From contig NC_134026.1 in the NCBI RefSeq assembly GCF_964204645.1, positions 2,937,950 to 3,001,949 on the forward strand: a stretch of 64,000 nt of DNA. The letters are read 5' to 3'. This stretch comes from Tubulanus polymorphus (lineage: Eukaryota; Animalia; Nemertea). Below are positions 23,994-38,200 of the stretch, piece by piece. The notes below the pieces were generated by a model. The model had not been told where the DNA came from, made no database searches, and saw only the letters and a list, made by a program, of their open reading frames with translations. Position numbers and translations under genes: made by a program. Each line of letters begins with the position of its first letter. Positions within the stretch are counted from its first letter, which is position 1.

Positions 23994-26900
23994 TTACAAC
24001 CCGAAGAATTTGACAGATCGATCCATACTGGACGACGCGATAAACGTACTGTTATCTCCGAATCGGATGCCGGTCGCAGTCGCTGTATGATCATTAAATA
24101 CCGACAACACGTTCCACTGTTTACACAAATACACGCTGAAAAACAAATAATTAGGGATTTAAAAGATTAGGGATTGTACATAAGAGCGGAGTCGCCAGTT
24201 TGATACCAATACAGGACTGACACAGGTGTGCATATTTATGGATCACAGCATGAATGAAAATCCTCATTGGGGTCATTCATTTATTACGTAGGCATTAGGG
24301 GAGGGGGAGGGGTCAGTGCAATTGCGTACTGTAATGCTTAATGTATATGAAAAAATAGCCGATTTTGCGTACAGAGGGGGAGGGGGAGTTGAAAAATTCA
24401 AATTTTATGCGTACGTAATAAATGAATGATCCCATATTTAACAGAAAGCGAGCATTAAAACTAATCCTCGGAAGAAATATATCCTAGTGATGAGAATTAA
24501 ACTGAGTGGCTACTTTCATTTCATTTGCTTTTCCCAGACTATTCCCCGACATATACCGTATATTGTTTTTACGACTTGACTCGCTCCGAGTCCAATCAAT
24601 TCAATCCAAACAGTCAAGTAAGTAAGAAATAGATTTGAACTGAATGATTATACACACGATCTAACCAACAAATTTCCCCGACTTCTAGCCCTTTACAAAA
24701 TTCCCCGACTTTTTGTATAAAAACGTCGTTAAACGCAACAGCGAAACTTTTGCTATACTTACCGAACATCAGTACCAGCTACAGCTAAGTATGTACCACT
24801 TTGATCAAATGCTAGCGATTTCACCTAAAAATAATAGAAATTATAATCATATCTATAGTCATGTGATTCGAGGGATGATAGTGAATTGAAAATCGATATG
24901 AAATTCGACCACGCTTTTGTATGAAGCTCATTTCAAGACACGAAAACTCACCTCATAACGATCATCCATAGCGATAGTTTTGAAGTTCCTCAATTTTCGC
25001 AAATCCCACAATTTCACGACTGAATCATCAGCAGCGGTAGCCAGGTAATAACCTATAGAAAATAGACATCGTTTGTGTCAATTAATTAGTTGAGGTATGA
25101 CGTACATGATCTTTGCCCTACCAGGAAATACCAAAATTGACTAACTTATGGCCAAAAGATCCAAGCAGTTGAAAATGAATAGACCATGAACTTTTTCAGG
25201 TGGCCACTTTTGTTGGATCTTTTTATATCTCACATTTCCTTCACCCAGACATGTAAGTTGGTTTCCTTAACTTGGTGCACTAAGAATTCAATCAATTAAC
25301 ACAGTCAGATAGATGTACCGGTAGGTAGACGGAAACTGTTTGACTCTACACGCAATCTACGGTTACTATCTCAACAGATTTTCCCTGATATTTAGCTTTT
25401 TAAAAAATTCACTTAATTTTTTCCAATGATTTCCCACGTAAGTGGCCTCTCTGGTTATAAACACAAAATACATTAATGTTACTAGACGAAAACAGAGTTA
25501 AGCTAGGCCTACATACAGTAACATACCATTCTCAGAGAAAGCAATGCTGCTGATTGCTCCTGAGTGACCTGGGAAATCAGCCACGTTCGTTCTCTCTTTC
25601 AAATCCCAAATCTTAATCACTGAATCTTCTGTACCAGTACCAAAGATAAGACCATCAGGATGAAACTGGGCACAGGTCAAAGCTGCCAAAGAGAAGATTA
25701 ATCATTCTATTAGACAGGGTCATGTTAACAGTCATATGATTCATACAATTAGCATTATGGCAAAAATGTTTTTGTTAAGACTGCCACGTATTTTACAATA
25801 TCTACCAGTTATGTGCTGTTGAATACAGGAAAAAATAATTACCACTCTGAGAGATCGGATCAGCTACTTTAGTTAACACTCTTCCAACTCTTATGTCCGA
25901 GAACGCCCAATGCTAGAGAAAATCAAAATCACATCAAAATAAACAATGAACATTCAATCCAATTCAATTCAATCCATTAAGTGTAAGTCAACATAATGAT
26001 CATCCTAACAACATAAGGGAGTTTGAGTCGACTGAATTGTTTTTCAAAGCTATAACTTACTCTGTCCATAGAACTGCTGAGTAAGAAGTCTCCAGTAGCA
26101 TGTAAACTGATGCCAGTAACTGGACCTTCGTGAGCACGGATTATCTGAGCACACTGCGCAGTCTGTATACCCCATACTCTCATCGTACAATCAGGAGAAG
26201 CCGTGAAAACAATTTCCTAAAAAAATTCCATGAATTCAAAATAAAACCGAAAACTTTACAAAGTATATTCGCAAACTGGTTTATAATTGCTGCTGTAGTT
26301 TCGTAGACGCATATAAATGGTTAATTACCTCATCGGGATGATAAATAACGCTGGTGACTTTTTTCTGATGTCCTTTAAGAATTGCAATAACCTGTTCAGT
26401 GTCTTTATTGAATACAACAGCCTGTTTATCATTACCACCTAAAATAGAATCGAATCAGGAGTTTTACGAGATGGTTTTTTCATGTAAAGAAAATCAATTC
26501 ATGATGAAATATAGTCAAACTGGCTTAATTCAGATCAGTTACATGCGGATATTCATCCATATGGAAGCGTGTATATCATTTATGGATCATCTTTACATAA
26601 ATGTTATGTAAAAATATGATGATGTTTAAACCAGATTTCTGGATGAATTTCGTTTGTCCCAAACGATCCAAATTAAGTCGGTTCTGTCTACATTCTTTAG
26701 ATACCTGTCACCAATTTCGATGTATCTCTCAAACACAAATCAAGTGACAAAATTCCAGGAACACTGGCGCTGTGCAGACCCTGAAATAAAGTAAATTAAA
26801 ACAGAATCACAAACTGAGATGGATCTATTCAACAGACTATACATTGTGTTTTCAGTAGGACGGCTGAATTGACCGGACTGGTCTGACCGACTGAACCAGC

Positions 26901-29240
26901 TTTGGTAATGCCAGTCTTAACCAAGTTCACCAATGGAACACTGAACTGACACGAGTCATTAGCTCAAACACGCATCGTGTATGAATATTGGATGCTTACA
27001 ACGTGTGATGCTTGTTGTCTGTATGCCTTGATATCCTCATTCGTGGCGAGGCCTTCTGGCACAGTTTTACCACGCTAAAACAAACCAAAACAATTCAAAT
27101 TTACCAACCTTTCAAACAACACATTAATGTATACTTCAAAAGAATTGATTCTTACCTTCTTTCGTTCTGCTGTGAGTAAAGTGGCCTTATCTTGTAACTA
27201 AAAAGACAATAATTCAGTGAGAGATGTGCTATACTTTCATTTATTCTACAAAGATTAAAACATCAATGCATTGGTAGAAATAATTACGGGAATACTCAAT
27301 GAATTTACTTACTTTCTGGATAACTTCTTCTGACATGCCAGCCTCTTCCATGACTTGGTCAGGTCTTTCAGGAGCTTCAGCACCATAAGCCTAATCAATA
27401 CAGAATACAATCAATTGCGTGATTTCCTGACCAATGTAACCTGCATACAAAATTCAATAGATTGAGTGTATGAGTGAACTTACGGGCTGAGCAATTGGAG
27501 CAATACCAGCTTGTGGTTTCAACGTAGCCAAAGCTGAAAAACAGGAGAAACATTCATTAAAGGTAAAAAAAATACAAAAATATATATTACATCGTGCATC
27601 TTAAAAATTTGTTCATAGTCAAATTAATAGGTCACTATAATCAATGGAAATTATTACCTTCACGAGCGGCTGTGACTTCTTTGTTCAATCGAGCGATAAC
27701 GCGACAGGCGGCGTCGTGCTGATACAGAGCATGGGATAATTCTGTTTGAATAAAACAGAAACATTAATTTACGATGGCTACATCCTCCCAAGAAAAGATG
27801 GGAAATATTTGCGCGGTGTCAGAGAATGTGAATTGAGATATATTTGAATAATACCTTGTCGAGCTGCTTGAAGTTGATGTCGCAATGTGAAACTGTGTAA
27901 CATAACAGCATCCTGAAATTGAATATAATCACCGTTTATCAGTACAAAAACCTCAACTACAATAAACCTCTCTCAAGATTCAATCAATACGGATGACCTT
28001 TTAATTCAGAAACATGTCACAATAATTTTCTGACCTAAACACCATCAAAAAATATGTGTGGAGTCAACTATATACGATATTTCTTACCCATTCATCCTGC
28101 AAACACTTCAGTATCGCGGGTATACTTGTAGCTGATGGTGGTCTCGGTTTAACAACTGGGGGAGCTGAAAGACAAGCATTAATCAGAAATCAGTAATTTG
28201 GATGAAGATCTCTTGTCAAATAGTTGTCATTTCTTTGCCGATTAATCAGAGAATGAATATCATCTATCCAAACACGAGGTAAAACTGATAATGGAATCAA
28301 TCTTCCTCCAAAAATCATGAGAACACCAAAATCTAGCTACAACAACTTGGAATATACAACGAATAGGATAAGTACAGGCTCTCCTCATCAGAGAGCATCA
28401 TCGCAGACCCCTTACAACTGGATGATGATCTCAAAATTAGAGATATTCAATTGACCGGTCATCCTTATTAATATGGATGACCCCAATCGACACTTACTTT
28501 TGACATCAATGAGCATATCGACTGACAACTTCTCTCCATTCATCGGATCGACGCCATTTTCGTTGACGTATTTCTCGATCAAGCGTTTCTCGTAAATAGA
28601 TCCAGATACCGGTGAAATGACTGGGTGCTCGGGAGTCTCATTACTTACTGTAAAATAGACAAAAAGATCTAGATCATTGTCGATAATTATCAAATATATC
28701 TGGTTCCTAATAATTATCTAACACCAATACTAAAGTAAAAATGCCTTCAGCAGAGATAGATCAATCATCATCTTTGGAATAAGCACTCAGCAGAGAAATA
28801 AAGAGACTGATAAATTTTGTGCATCATCGACTTAAAGAGGCAATTCAATGGCTTTCGAGGCCTTACTTAAATTTACCCATTCCATGACTTTCAATGACCA
28901 CAATGAACCCTGTGCACACATGTTGCTCTTAATTCTGACCAAAAAAGGATCTTAATAAGAATCATCAGAATGTATCAATAAACAAGATACGGCTAAATAA
29001 TATCGACATCGTTCAAAAGCGCAGCAATAAAGTTCATTGTTGATTTGAATTGATCATAAAAATCCTATCCACAAAATGACGAATTAAAATAGGAAGCAAT
29101 CACGTAACTCATCAGAAAACCATTTCTAAAGATTTGGGGGAAAACTTATTATTATAAATCGTTGAGACACACTTCAATTATGCGGACAAACAAGAGCAAT
29201 TCCATATAATATATTACTCACTCGCACAAACAAGCGCCAT
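23994..29240 (-). CDS. PRPF19: Pre-mRNA-processing factor 19 (U-box, coiled coil, WD40), ~17 exons
   Basis: MALVCA|[27 protein letters not shown] (U-box); [17 protein letters not shown]; [17 protein letters not shown]; last exon 23994-24135 ...[13 protein letters not shown]. Confidence 0.95.
24268..24434. mobile_element. MITE with 23-bp terminal inverted repeats in the last PRPF19 intron
   Basis: tggggtcattcatttattacgta (24268-24290) vs tacgtaataaatgaatgatccca (24412-24434), one mismatch; internal G-rich tracts. Confidence 0.75.
25197..25453. mobile_element. Degenerate MITE-like element in a PRPF19 intron
   Basis: caggtggccactt...aagtggcctctctg imperfect inverted ends, similar to 1842-2067. 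Confidence 0.4.
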
Positions 29241-29557
29241 GATGATGCCGACAATGTACGGAACATGGGGCTTCAGAGGGCAGCACTAGCTGGATGCAAG
29301 CGCAAAGCCTAAAAAAGAGAAAGCCGTAGCTAATGTTTTATATTCACAACGATTTCTTTCTTATTTGTTATTCCATTTGTTAAGAACAACGTTATATGTT
29401 TACTTGGTCTAAACTCTGCGCACAGTTTCGTATTATTGTTTTATGGGAATTGAACAGAGGGCAGCACTGGCTGGAGTTGAGTGATTCTTCGCGCACGTGT
29501 GTTTTCGGTGTCTCGGTTGAGCGAATTTCTGTCGTTTTGAGTAACTAACTGAACGTG
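29241..29557. promoter_or_regulatory. Bidirectional promoter between PRPF19 and PBDC1 with a duplicated AGAGGGCAGCAC motif
   Basis: The two ATGs diverge 317 bp apart; cagagggcagcact(a/g)gctgga occurs at 29274-29294 and 29455-29475. Confidence 0.7.
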
Positions 29558-30452
29558 ATGGCTGATATTATCCCTTCATCAAACGCCAAGGATTATATAA
29601 ACGATGTATGTATTTAAGTATACTAGTTCCCCTCATAATTATTGTCGGTTTTCCGGGTGTTTCCAAATTTTTCTTAACCCGGAAGTAAAATTATAAGTAA
29701 ACACTGAAAAATTCAATTTACTTTATTATTGTGTTGTTGCATGTTTGTGAATTGATTATTTTCAGGAAGGCATCGAAATACAATGGGCTATGAAAACATT
29801 AAATCATGCCGATGTCTATTTCAATGTAAGTGAAATTACTTGCCATTTTGCAGAAATTTGAGACGATCACAAATTTATTATTTCCTCCTGTTCTGTTTAG
29901 CTCATCTGCGCTGTAGCAGATACAAAGATATTGACACTTACCAAAATGGATGATGAAATTTACACAAAATTCCGCGAACAATTTAAGGACCTAAAAGTTG
30001 ACAACATCAACGTTGATTTATTGAAATCAGCAGAAGGAAAAGAAGTAGGTTTTGTATTTCTAGAATTCTATAAAATCGTCATTTTGTAGCCTCCAAGTAC
30101 CTTATAGATAGATATTTTGGGTCTTTGCATTTTTCAGAAATGGAGACCCTATTGCGAGGACTTCAAGGACAGACTTGAAGACTACAATTTCGGAACTTTG
30201 TTAAGAATCGACTGTACGAAAAAACATGACGATGCAAATACCGTAATAGGTAATTATACTTTCTTGTTTCCGCAAGAAATCTGATGAATAATTTAAAAGA
30301 ATTTGAAATTTGATTTGTTACGATTATTCTATTTTTCAGTTCCGAGAGTTCAGTTCCTGGCGATAGAGATTGCTCGTAATCGTGAAGGATTTAATGCCGT
30401 TCTGAAAGATAAATTCCGCGGACCTGAGAAAGATCAAAATGAAAAGTCGTAG
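29558..30452 (+). CDS. PBDC1: Polysaccharide biosynthesis domain-containing protein 1, 5 exons
   Basis: Spliced translation MADIIP...IND|EGIEIQWAMKT...|...LTKMDDEIYTKFREQF...|KWRPYCEDF...DYNFGTLLRIDC...|VPRVQFLAIEIARNREGFN...*, the typical PBDC1 signature. Not in the ORF track. Confidence 0.92.
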
Positions 30453-31558
30453 CATGACATCAACATGCAGCAAAGGACTATGCTACTTCAAAGAACTGAT
30501 AGAAATAAATATATTTTGCGGCTTCAGGATATTTTTCAAATACAGTGGATTACCTTGACACAACTTCAGGGGACAAGAAAATATGTTCCTTGATCAGTTA
30601 ATTATGTCCAGTATTTGGAAGAAAGTTCTAGGTTTATAATAATTGATAAATCGTTATATCCTAGGTCGCTATATCACTGTTTCGTTGTTACCAGTCTTTC
30701 TAACTGTTGCGTATTATATTCAAATTTTTGCTATCCCTGATAGATAGTACACTAGCTTCATGCTTCAAGTCGCATGTATTTGAAACAAACATTTTGAAAT
30801 CTAAGATGGTGCATTGTAAATTTTGTAGAATAAAGAAATATGAAATATGATTCATCTTCTTAAGTGTCTAAATGGATTGAAACCAGGGCCATACCTAGCA
30901 TTTGAATTTGGGGCAGGCGGGCAGAGACCAGAAAAAGGGGCGGTTCTGTAGAATATAACATTAATATTTGCAAAAAGTGCACATATCCAAAATTGCCGCT
31001 GCTACGGCTCTGCAGACAAAAGTTTTGAAAATGAAATAACCACAAAATACCCGCTGGAATCTATAACCAATAATCAAACAATTTTATACATTTTGTTGAG
31101 TTCATTTGAATTTTATTTCGTACATTACCTTGTAATCTACACAAGTGGTTAACTAATTCGTTGCATTATTTCATGTAGAATCAACAGTTTCGTAAAATTT
31201 AAAAGCTTAAACAAAATAATATATGAAATACGTAATAATATATTCAAACCAATATCCAAAATCTTTTAAAAAAAGGCCACTCGAGAGAATTTGGATACCA
31301 TGATAAATCTTTAAACATTAATGATAAAATCCTAAAATCAGAGCACAGTCATCATAGTGATTGGAACAATTATCATCTCGACAACTCATCCAAATGGTGA
31401 CTTGCATTTAGAAAATTGAAACTCAAAAATAGAGACAACTGAATTGAGTTATATTTACCACAAAGTTATACTAGACAGCATGAAAGCACCTAATTTACAT
31501 TGGAAAAAAATAAAATCTCTTTAAAATCCTCTCCCAACGCGGGATAACACGTCCATAT

Positions 31559-34500
31559 TCACAGTAAGTCTGCGCGACAAAATTCTCCAGTGTCAAGATT
31601 TTTAGCCATTAATTGATTAGGAGCAGCGTTTGGCACCTGATGACTGATGTATACGCGAGGAATACAGCAATCCTACAATGAAAATCAAACAACAAATTGA
31701 GACCACACAACATTTCATTGGAGTAATGGCAAGTGAAAGAAGCCCTCGGAAAATCTTTACACTTACCGTCAAATAACGCAGCGCAACTGGTGAAACTAGA
31801 GAGCAACCACTGACATAAATAGAATCCAGATAATGACAGCTATTCGCCAGGGCAAATATACATTTATCAGTTAAGCTATGAATGCCGGAAATTACAATTT
31901 TTTGGATTGGACAATTACGAGCCAATAGACATATTGCTTTGTCTGTGACCTGGAAAAAAAACATTCAGAAATTGTCCTATCGTTTATATGAAGCATGAGG
32001 AAATGTTAGAATGTTTTTCTTTCACTGTGAGAAAATATGGGCTTAGAGATGGTTCATACCTGTTTGCAACCTTTCAGCCCAATATCGATCAGTTTAGGAC
32101 AGTTTTCCGCAATCATAAGTATGAGTTCTTCAGTGACATCAGTCAATCCGGAAATACTCAGTTTCTCGATATTGTGACAATTCTGAGCAATTGTAAATAA
32201 CACATCTATACTGAACTGAAATACAGTAAAACCTAACCATGATATTGATACGAACCAAGAATCACTACTGCAGACGATACTACCTGATATCTCTAATCGT
32301 AGTTGTTTTCACAAAACGATGAGGGTTTAATTGACATCAAAAATAACAGTTTACCAGATAATCGAAAATGAACTAGAAATTAATCTAATTTTGAGGGTGT
32401 TTTGAATAGTAGACCTGTTAAAGAATAGAAAGTACTCTCAAATACTGGTCATAGTCAGGTCTGCTTCTCTATGATGATAGTGTTTAGAGTGTATAAAGTT
32501 AAGAATTTATTTTTTGGGAGCATTCCTCTCTTCGGATATTCTAGTCAAAATTTTAAATAACACTGTTCAAAATGCACACGCTTATTGAAATATGCTCACT
32601 ACTTGAACAACTGGGGCTGGAAAAGTTACCTGGCGACAGCTTAACTGTAAACTATTGATATTTGCGGCACGTTCAGCGTCCTGAAACATTGGTAATAATG
32701 TCGTTCCAGTTGCAGCCATTACGTGATGAATCGCTAACTGTTCGAGACTCGTGCAGTATTTACTGACGCTCTTTAACGCTTCATCCGTAAGGTCCATACA
32801 TCCGCTCAGATCAAGACACGTTAAATCTTGACCAATCTCTTTCAGAATCTATAAAACAATCGGTAAAATAATCCGGCATAAAAGAAAATATCAACTGTAA
32901 AGTATGAGCAAATATCCACTTATCGCGGTAGTCCCGGCCCAAAAACAATCTTTTTCACTGTGAAAATTGGTCAATTGAGTTTTATATTTTGTCAATTGGG
33001 CATTATATGAGTTAGTAGAACACGAAGTCAGAAAATTGCTTTGAAAATTTTCTGACCGAAGTCTACAGCATATTGTTTCAATATTAATCTACCTCCTTCA
33101 TTGTTTTTTCATTTAGAGCAGTTACACCACATAATCTCAGTGTTTTCAGTTTTGTCAAACGTTTCAGAGAGTCGATTAGTAATTCCGGATCTTCCAGCAG
33201 TAAACCACAGAATGACAGCGATGATACGGACATCGGTATCATTTTCAATACGTTACAACTGGGACTTTTTTGCAGAAGAGAACAGTACGATATATCTAAG
33301 AATTCCAACTTCGTACATCTTTGAAACAACTGAAAGTAAAGATCAATGAAAGTGACAAGAGCAAGAAATTTGACAGCACTTGAAAAGATTGATATCATGA
33401 ACAGGTTGTGATAGCATTTTACTTTCAATGAACAAAACCACAATACGATAATCTCAAGGATACAGGAACTAAATGCGTGTGATTTATCGATGACATACAG
33501 CACCTTTTCCATACTTTCATGGGTGACTCTGTTACATCCTAACATCTCCAAGTACTTCAAATTGTGACAGTGTTCAGCAATAGCTGACAAACTCTCATCA
33601 TTCACGCAGTGCAGGTTTGTTACATGAATACTTTCCTACAATAGAAACCACAACATTTTATTAAGAAGGCTTTTATTTTTCCAACTGTAAAAGGATGGCC
33701 TCTATAAGTAGATAGTTCGCCTGTCTGTGAAACAGTTAACCTACACGCAAAACAGTATGCATCCCCATACAATGACTTTTACTTAGTGAAAGAAGAATCG
33801 TAGATTTTCTGCATATTTTACTTCACCTGTCAATTTCTGGTAATGAAGTGATGAATACTCACCAACCTGCTATTTAGCGTCATTGCTATAGATGTGAAGA
33901 CAGAATTATTGAGTTTATTGCAGCCGATTATATTCAAATGACAAATACTCGGATTGTTGAACACTACATTTTTCACAGCTGAAGTAAATCAAATCTGATC
34001 ATTAAATGCTATCGAAGGACATGGTCAAGTAATTGTTTGGTTACCAAAGAAATTCCAAGTTCAAGGGATCAATGAAAAATCAAAGCAGCTTTGAGAATAA
34101 GAAACATCCCTTGCAGCAGACTGAATACCAGACAATCTTAAGGATTATCCATATTTAACAATAGCTAGATCTAAGGATACGAATTGGCCATCACTATTAC
34201 TTACAGCTATACAACTATATGAATTACTTGCTATAGAGGATTTGATGAAAATTAAACATACCATCAGAAGACACATTGTTACAGCCTCGTAAATCAAGTA
34301 ACTTTAAATGTTGTGATTTCAGTTCATTTAATCCTCTATTCGTTAAAGATGGTAATTTCCTCAGTTCAACGGATACAAGTTCATCTTGATTCAGCGTCAC
34401 GGAGAGTATTCCAGAATCTATTCAAACACAAAAACTAATTGAGTATGACATTAAAAGCAAATATCAGGCCTGGCTACTACCATAGCTGGTACTAACTTAA

Positions 34501-35213
34501 ACCAACGGGTACATTTCTTTTTTAATCTTAAAATACGGATTGACCTTGTTATGATTTGGTGTCCCTTACAAACCCACCACACCTGCCCGGAGCGAAACAG
34601 GGACCTATAGGCAGGTTAGAAAAGAAAATTTTAAGTAATAACAAATTTAACCTAGGCCTACATGTACAACGAAATGTAATGTAACGAAGTGTAATGTTTC
34701 TGGATAATTTTTCCTTCTGAATCAAAGATGAGCAGAACTTAATTTCTTTGGGGGGAGAGGGGGCTTCGAACAACCATCCACGCTACGAGCCTGGCCCATC
34801 ATAAAGCCTTTAAGCTATGAGGCGATAAGTAATTTAGTTGAATCATTTCAACCATAAATTTCATAACTCAGAAAATGAAGCCATCATCTCTAGAATATGT
34901 ACAGTAGCTTACCGGTGACTTGTTCACAACGATGAATCATCAACGATGTCAATTTGCAGCCACTGTTGCTTAAATGCTTCAATAATGTATCCGTCACTTG
35001 ATGACATTTATAGAATTTCACTCTTTTCAAATTCGACGAAAACAAATTGTACGTCACATTCGGTAGATAGTCGCTCGTCAACATGTCATGAGATACGAGT
35101 CTTTCGAGAAGAATCTCTTTATGAATCGGAGCCAGGTAACGTCCAGCCCGGTTTAAGCGATTCAAATTGCCGGCAATACAATTCAGACATAGTTCCGTTA
35201 AAGCCAACACCAT
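31559..35213 (-). CDS. Cysteine-containing leucine-rich-repeat protein (AMN1 / F-box-LRR like), ~9 coding exons
   Basis: N-terminal LTELCLNCIA box, many LxxLxLxxCxxxTD repeats across exons; last exon 31559-31672 (DCCIPRVY...CRADLL*). Confidence 0.8.
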
Positions 35214-38200
35214 GATAAATGATTAACTGCAATTGATAGAATTTACAAATTTAGTTACCATACCGATCATAAATAGTAGGCCTATATTTAGTCGAGACTT
35301 CCTCCTGCTAATTACTAATAGATGCAGTGGTGCTGTTCAGTAATGCATCAGTATAGGAGCCAGGCGGCTATCAGTTCTTCCAGGCTCTGGAAGTGGAATG
35401 GAAACTGGGAAAGCTCTCAAAATTTCGTAACTCACTGGTCTGGTGTGGTAATATTTGACAGTTTGACTTAGGCCTACGACTACGTGTTGACTTACACATG
35501 CCTATTTATTACTTACACATGCGTCACCCAGCTTCACTTCCCACCATTTAGTTGCGATCCCTGTGATATTTATTTATAGGGGATTTCTTAAGTGTAAAAA
35601 TAGAACGTTGAATCATTCTACCATATTCAACGGGAAGTGCTGCCCTCTATGAATGAATATGAAAACTAATCAATTTTATACAATTTAGATTCGTACCCCG
35701 TTAATCCATTCTATTTCAAAGGTCTCTAGTTTATGACGTATGGCAGTAATTGCTAATCATCCAGTCAAAACGGTTACTTAAACCTAAATTGGCTACATGT
35801 AAACCTTACTTGACCCAAGTTTCATGGATCAGTAACGCTGAACTTCGATTAAACTCTATAACAGATATTTTGAATATGACCCCATATGGCTTAATCAAAG
35901 CTGGGCATTTAATTACAATTCATACCAGTACTTAAAGTTTTTAAATGTTCCTTTATGTATAGTCCTCAAGTGTACTTTCGTACAGGTTACAATATGACAT
36001 CAGTAAGAGATCAGCGACAGAGATCCGATTGGACACAAAATATACAAAGAAAACTAAATCTCATCATATACATTGTTAAAAATTTATTTCATATAGTAAA
36101 ACTAACAATTAGAGGAAAAGCACACACATTTCACTAACTAGTGTTAGTCTCTTTTTCTTTTTATTACTTCTCTGCAGTTTTTCAAATAGACTGAAGAATC
36201 TTCTCTTCACGGTTAAGAAACTCCATTTTGAGAGTTCATTCACCTAGCACATTATATCCAGCTTAACGCCTTCAGTCTATACGCCCTTATAACCGGTTAA
36301 CTCTTTCTGATTTAAATGCCCCCTAATTGTAGTACATATTTAGCACAAAATTTTCCATCATGCTTGGTCATGAATCAAACGTATTCCTCCGATGAAATCC
36401 GATCGCAGAAAAATTGTCAACACATTTCCTATTTACTTAATGTTGAATCAAAAAGGTTGACTTTTAAAAGTAAAATGATTTTTTTGTGGTCAAATTTCAT
36501 CGAAAGTCATTTCCACAATGAAACCCAGTTCGACTACACAATTTATGGAAAAATTTACATTCAATAGTTTCCTATAGTTCTTGTTATATCTTGTACCTTA
36601 TTTTACAATACAATACACGCGCCGGTATACTGGTACTTCTGATTGAATGAACTTCATCTGACATAACCAATAATACATCGTACAAGGCTCTTTATACAAG
36701 TGTCTACTATTTGTAATAGGAGATTAATCAAAATATTGACATAAACTTTACTGTACATCCCAATGATATTGAAAACAGACACATGTTTTCCAAGAAAGCA
36801 CTTTTAATGGAACTAAACATTTTCAACGCTGCTGTTGTTGTTTTCTCCAATCGATATTGAATGGACATCTTGAATGAGTCAGATTTAGGCCAATTCAATC
36901 AAAAAACCGAACTAACAAATTGTATAGAGCAACCTTGACACGATTTATCAATCTTATTCTCTTCTTCCGTATGCATAGAATGATTACCAAGATGTTATTG
37001 TAACCATGGAAGCAATTTTAACTATTCAGATGTTGTTGATTGCTGCCATTTAAATGTTGGACATGATCACCACCGTTATCATTCATTATTCATAGATGTT
37101 ATACAAAATTACACATATATTTCTCTTATTTTTAAATATTTAACAACAATTTCTTACGCAATAGTAAGTGATCACAAAAATACATACCATACACAATGTT
37201 TTTACGTTAATTTCATAGTGTCAAGGTCAGGGGATTTATCACGCCTGAAGCCTTTCAGAATTAAAGGCCGTCACTAAAATGTACAACACCTACGATTACG
37301 ATGTATTGTCGGTTTAAAAGTTTTCTTGTCTTTCTCGTAGTTCTTTTAGTTGGAAAATTTCCACGCCACGTGTAGTATGAATTTAAGCACTTAGCTACTG
37401 AACAGAAGATAACAGGAAATCAGAAATCTGTCTGGCTAAAATAAAGTGCAAGAAGTTACCGCTTCCAGGGTATACCTAGAAAGCACATTAATAACCTTGA
37501 GATGGCAGAATAGAACTCTTCATTTCCCCGAGTTCAACTTGGTTATGGAAACGCACAAAAAAATCCTCAGTGAACTCTTTCCGCGGAGAGTTGCACGAAC
37601 GTCATCTTACACAATGAGCACATTTGAAAATTACTGGCATAAAGATTACTGGTTAAAATCGTCATTACATAAAAGTTCATTGCCATGCTGACAGAAGCAT
37701 GCATCCAAACACACGTGGCACAATCATTGTCAGCTGTATTATTTCATATCAACCAACCCTACAGTATAGATTACAATAGAATCATCTGTGTCATGAGTTT
37801 TAACAATTCCCGAAGATTAAGCTGTTTCAATGTGAATTGTAGAAGCTTGCTCGAATAAAATAATGTGTTTACTAGAATTCCCTGATAATTTATGTTATAT
37901 ATTCGGGACATCATCCCTTACGCAGAGGGAATATTAATGTTCATTCATATTCCACTAGAGAGGTTTAAACCTACTCTAATCGTCAAAGTGAAAAAGAATG
38001 TTAATGAGCCGCATTAAAATTACATTTCAGAGGTTATTATACGCTCCATGTTATGTTTTGAATCATGGAGTACAAAAAAAAAAATACGAAATAAAGCGAA
38101 ATAAATGAAACATTTCGTAGAAAAATCTTTCAAATTACATCGTCAATGCCACTTTTGAATCTTGATTCAACAGTTCATAAATCTGAGCAAAATTATGACG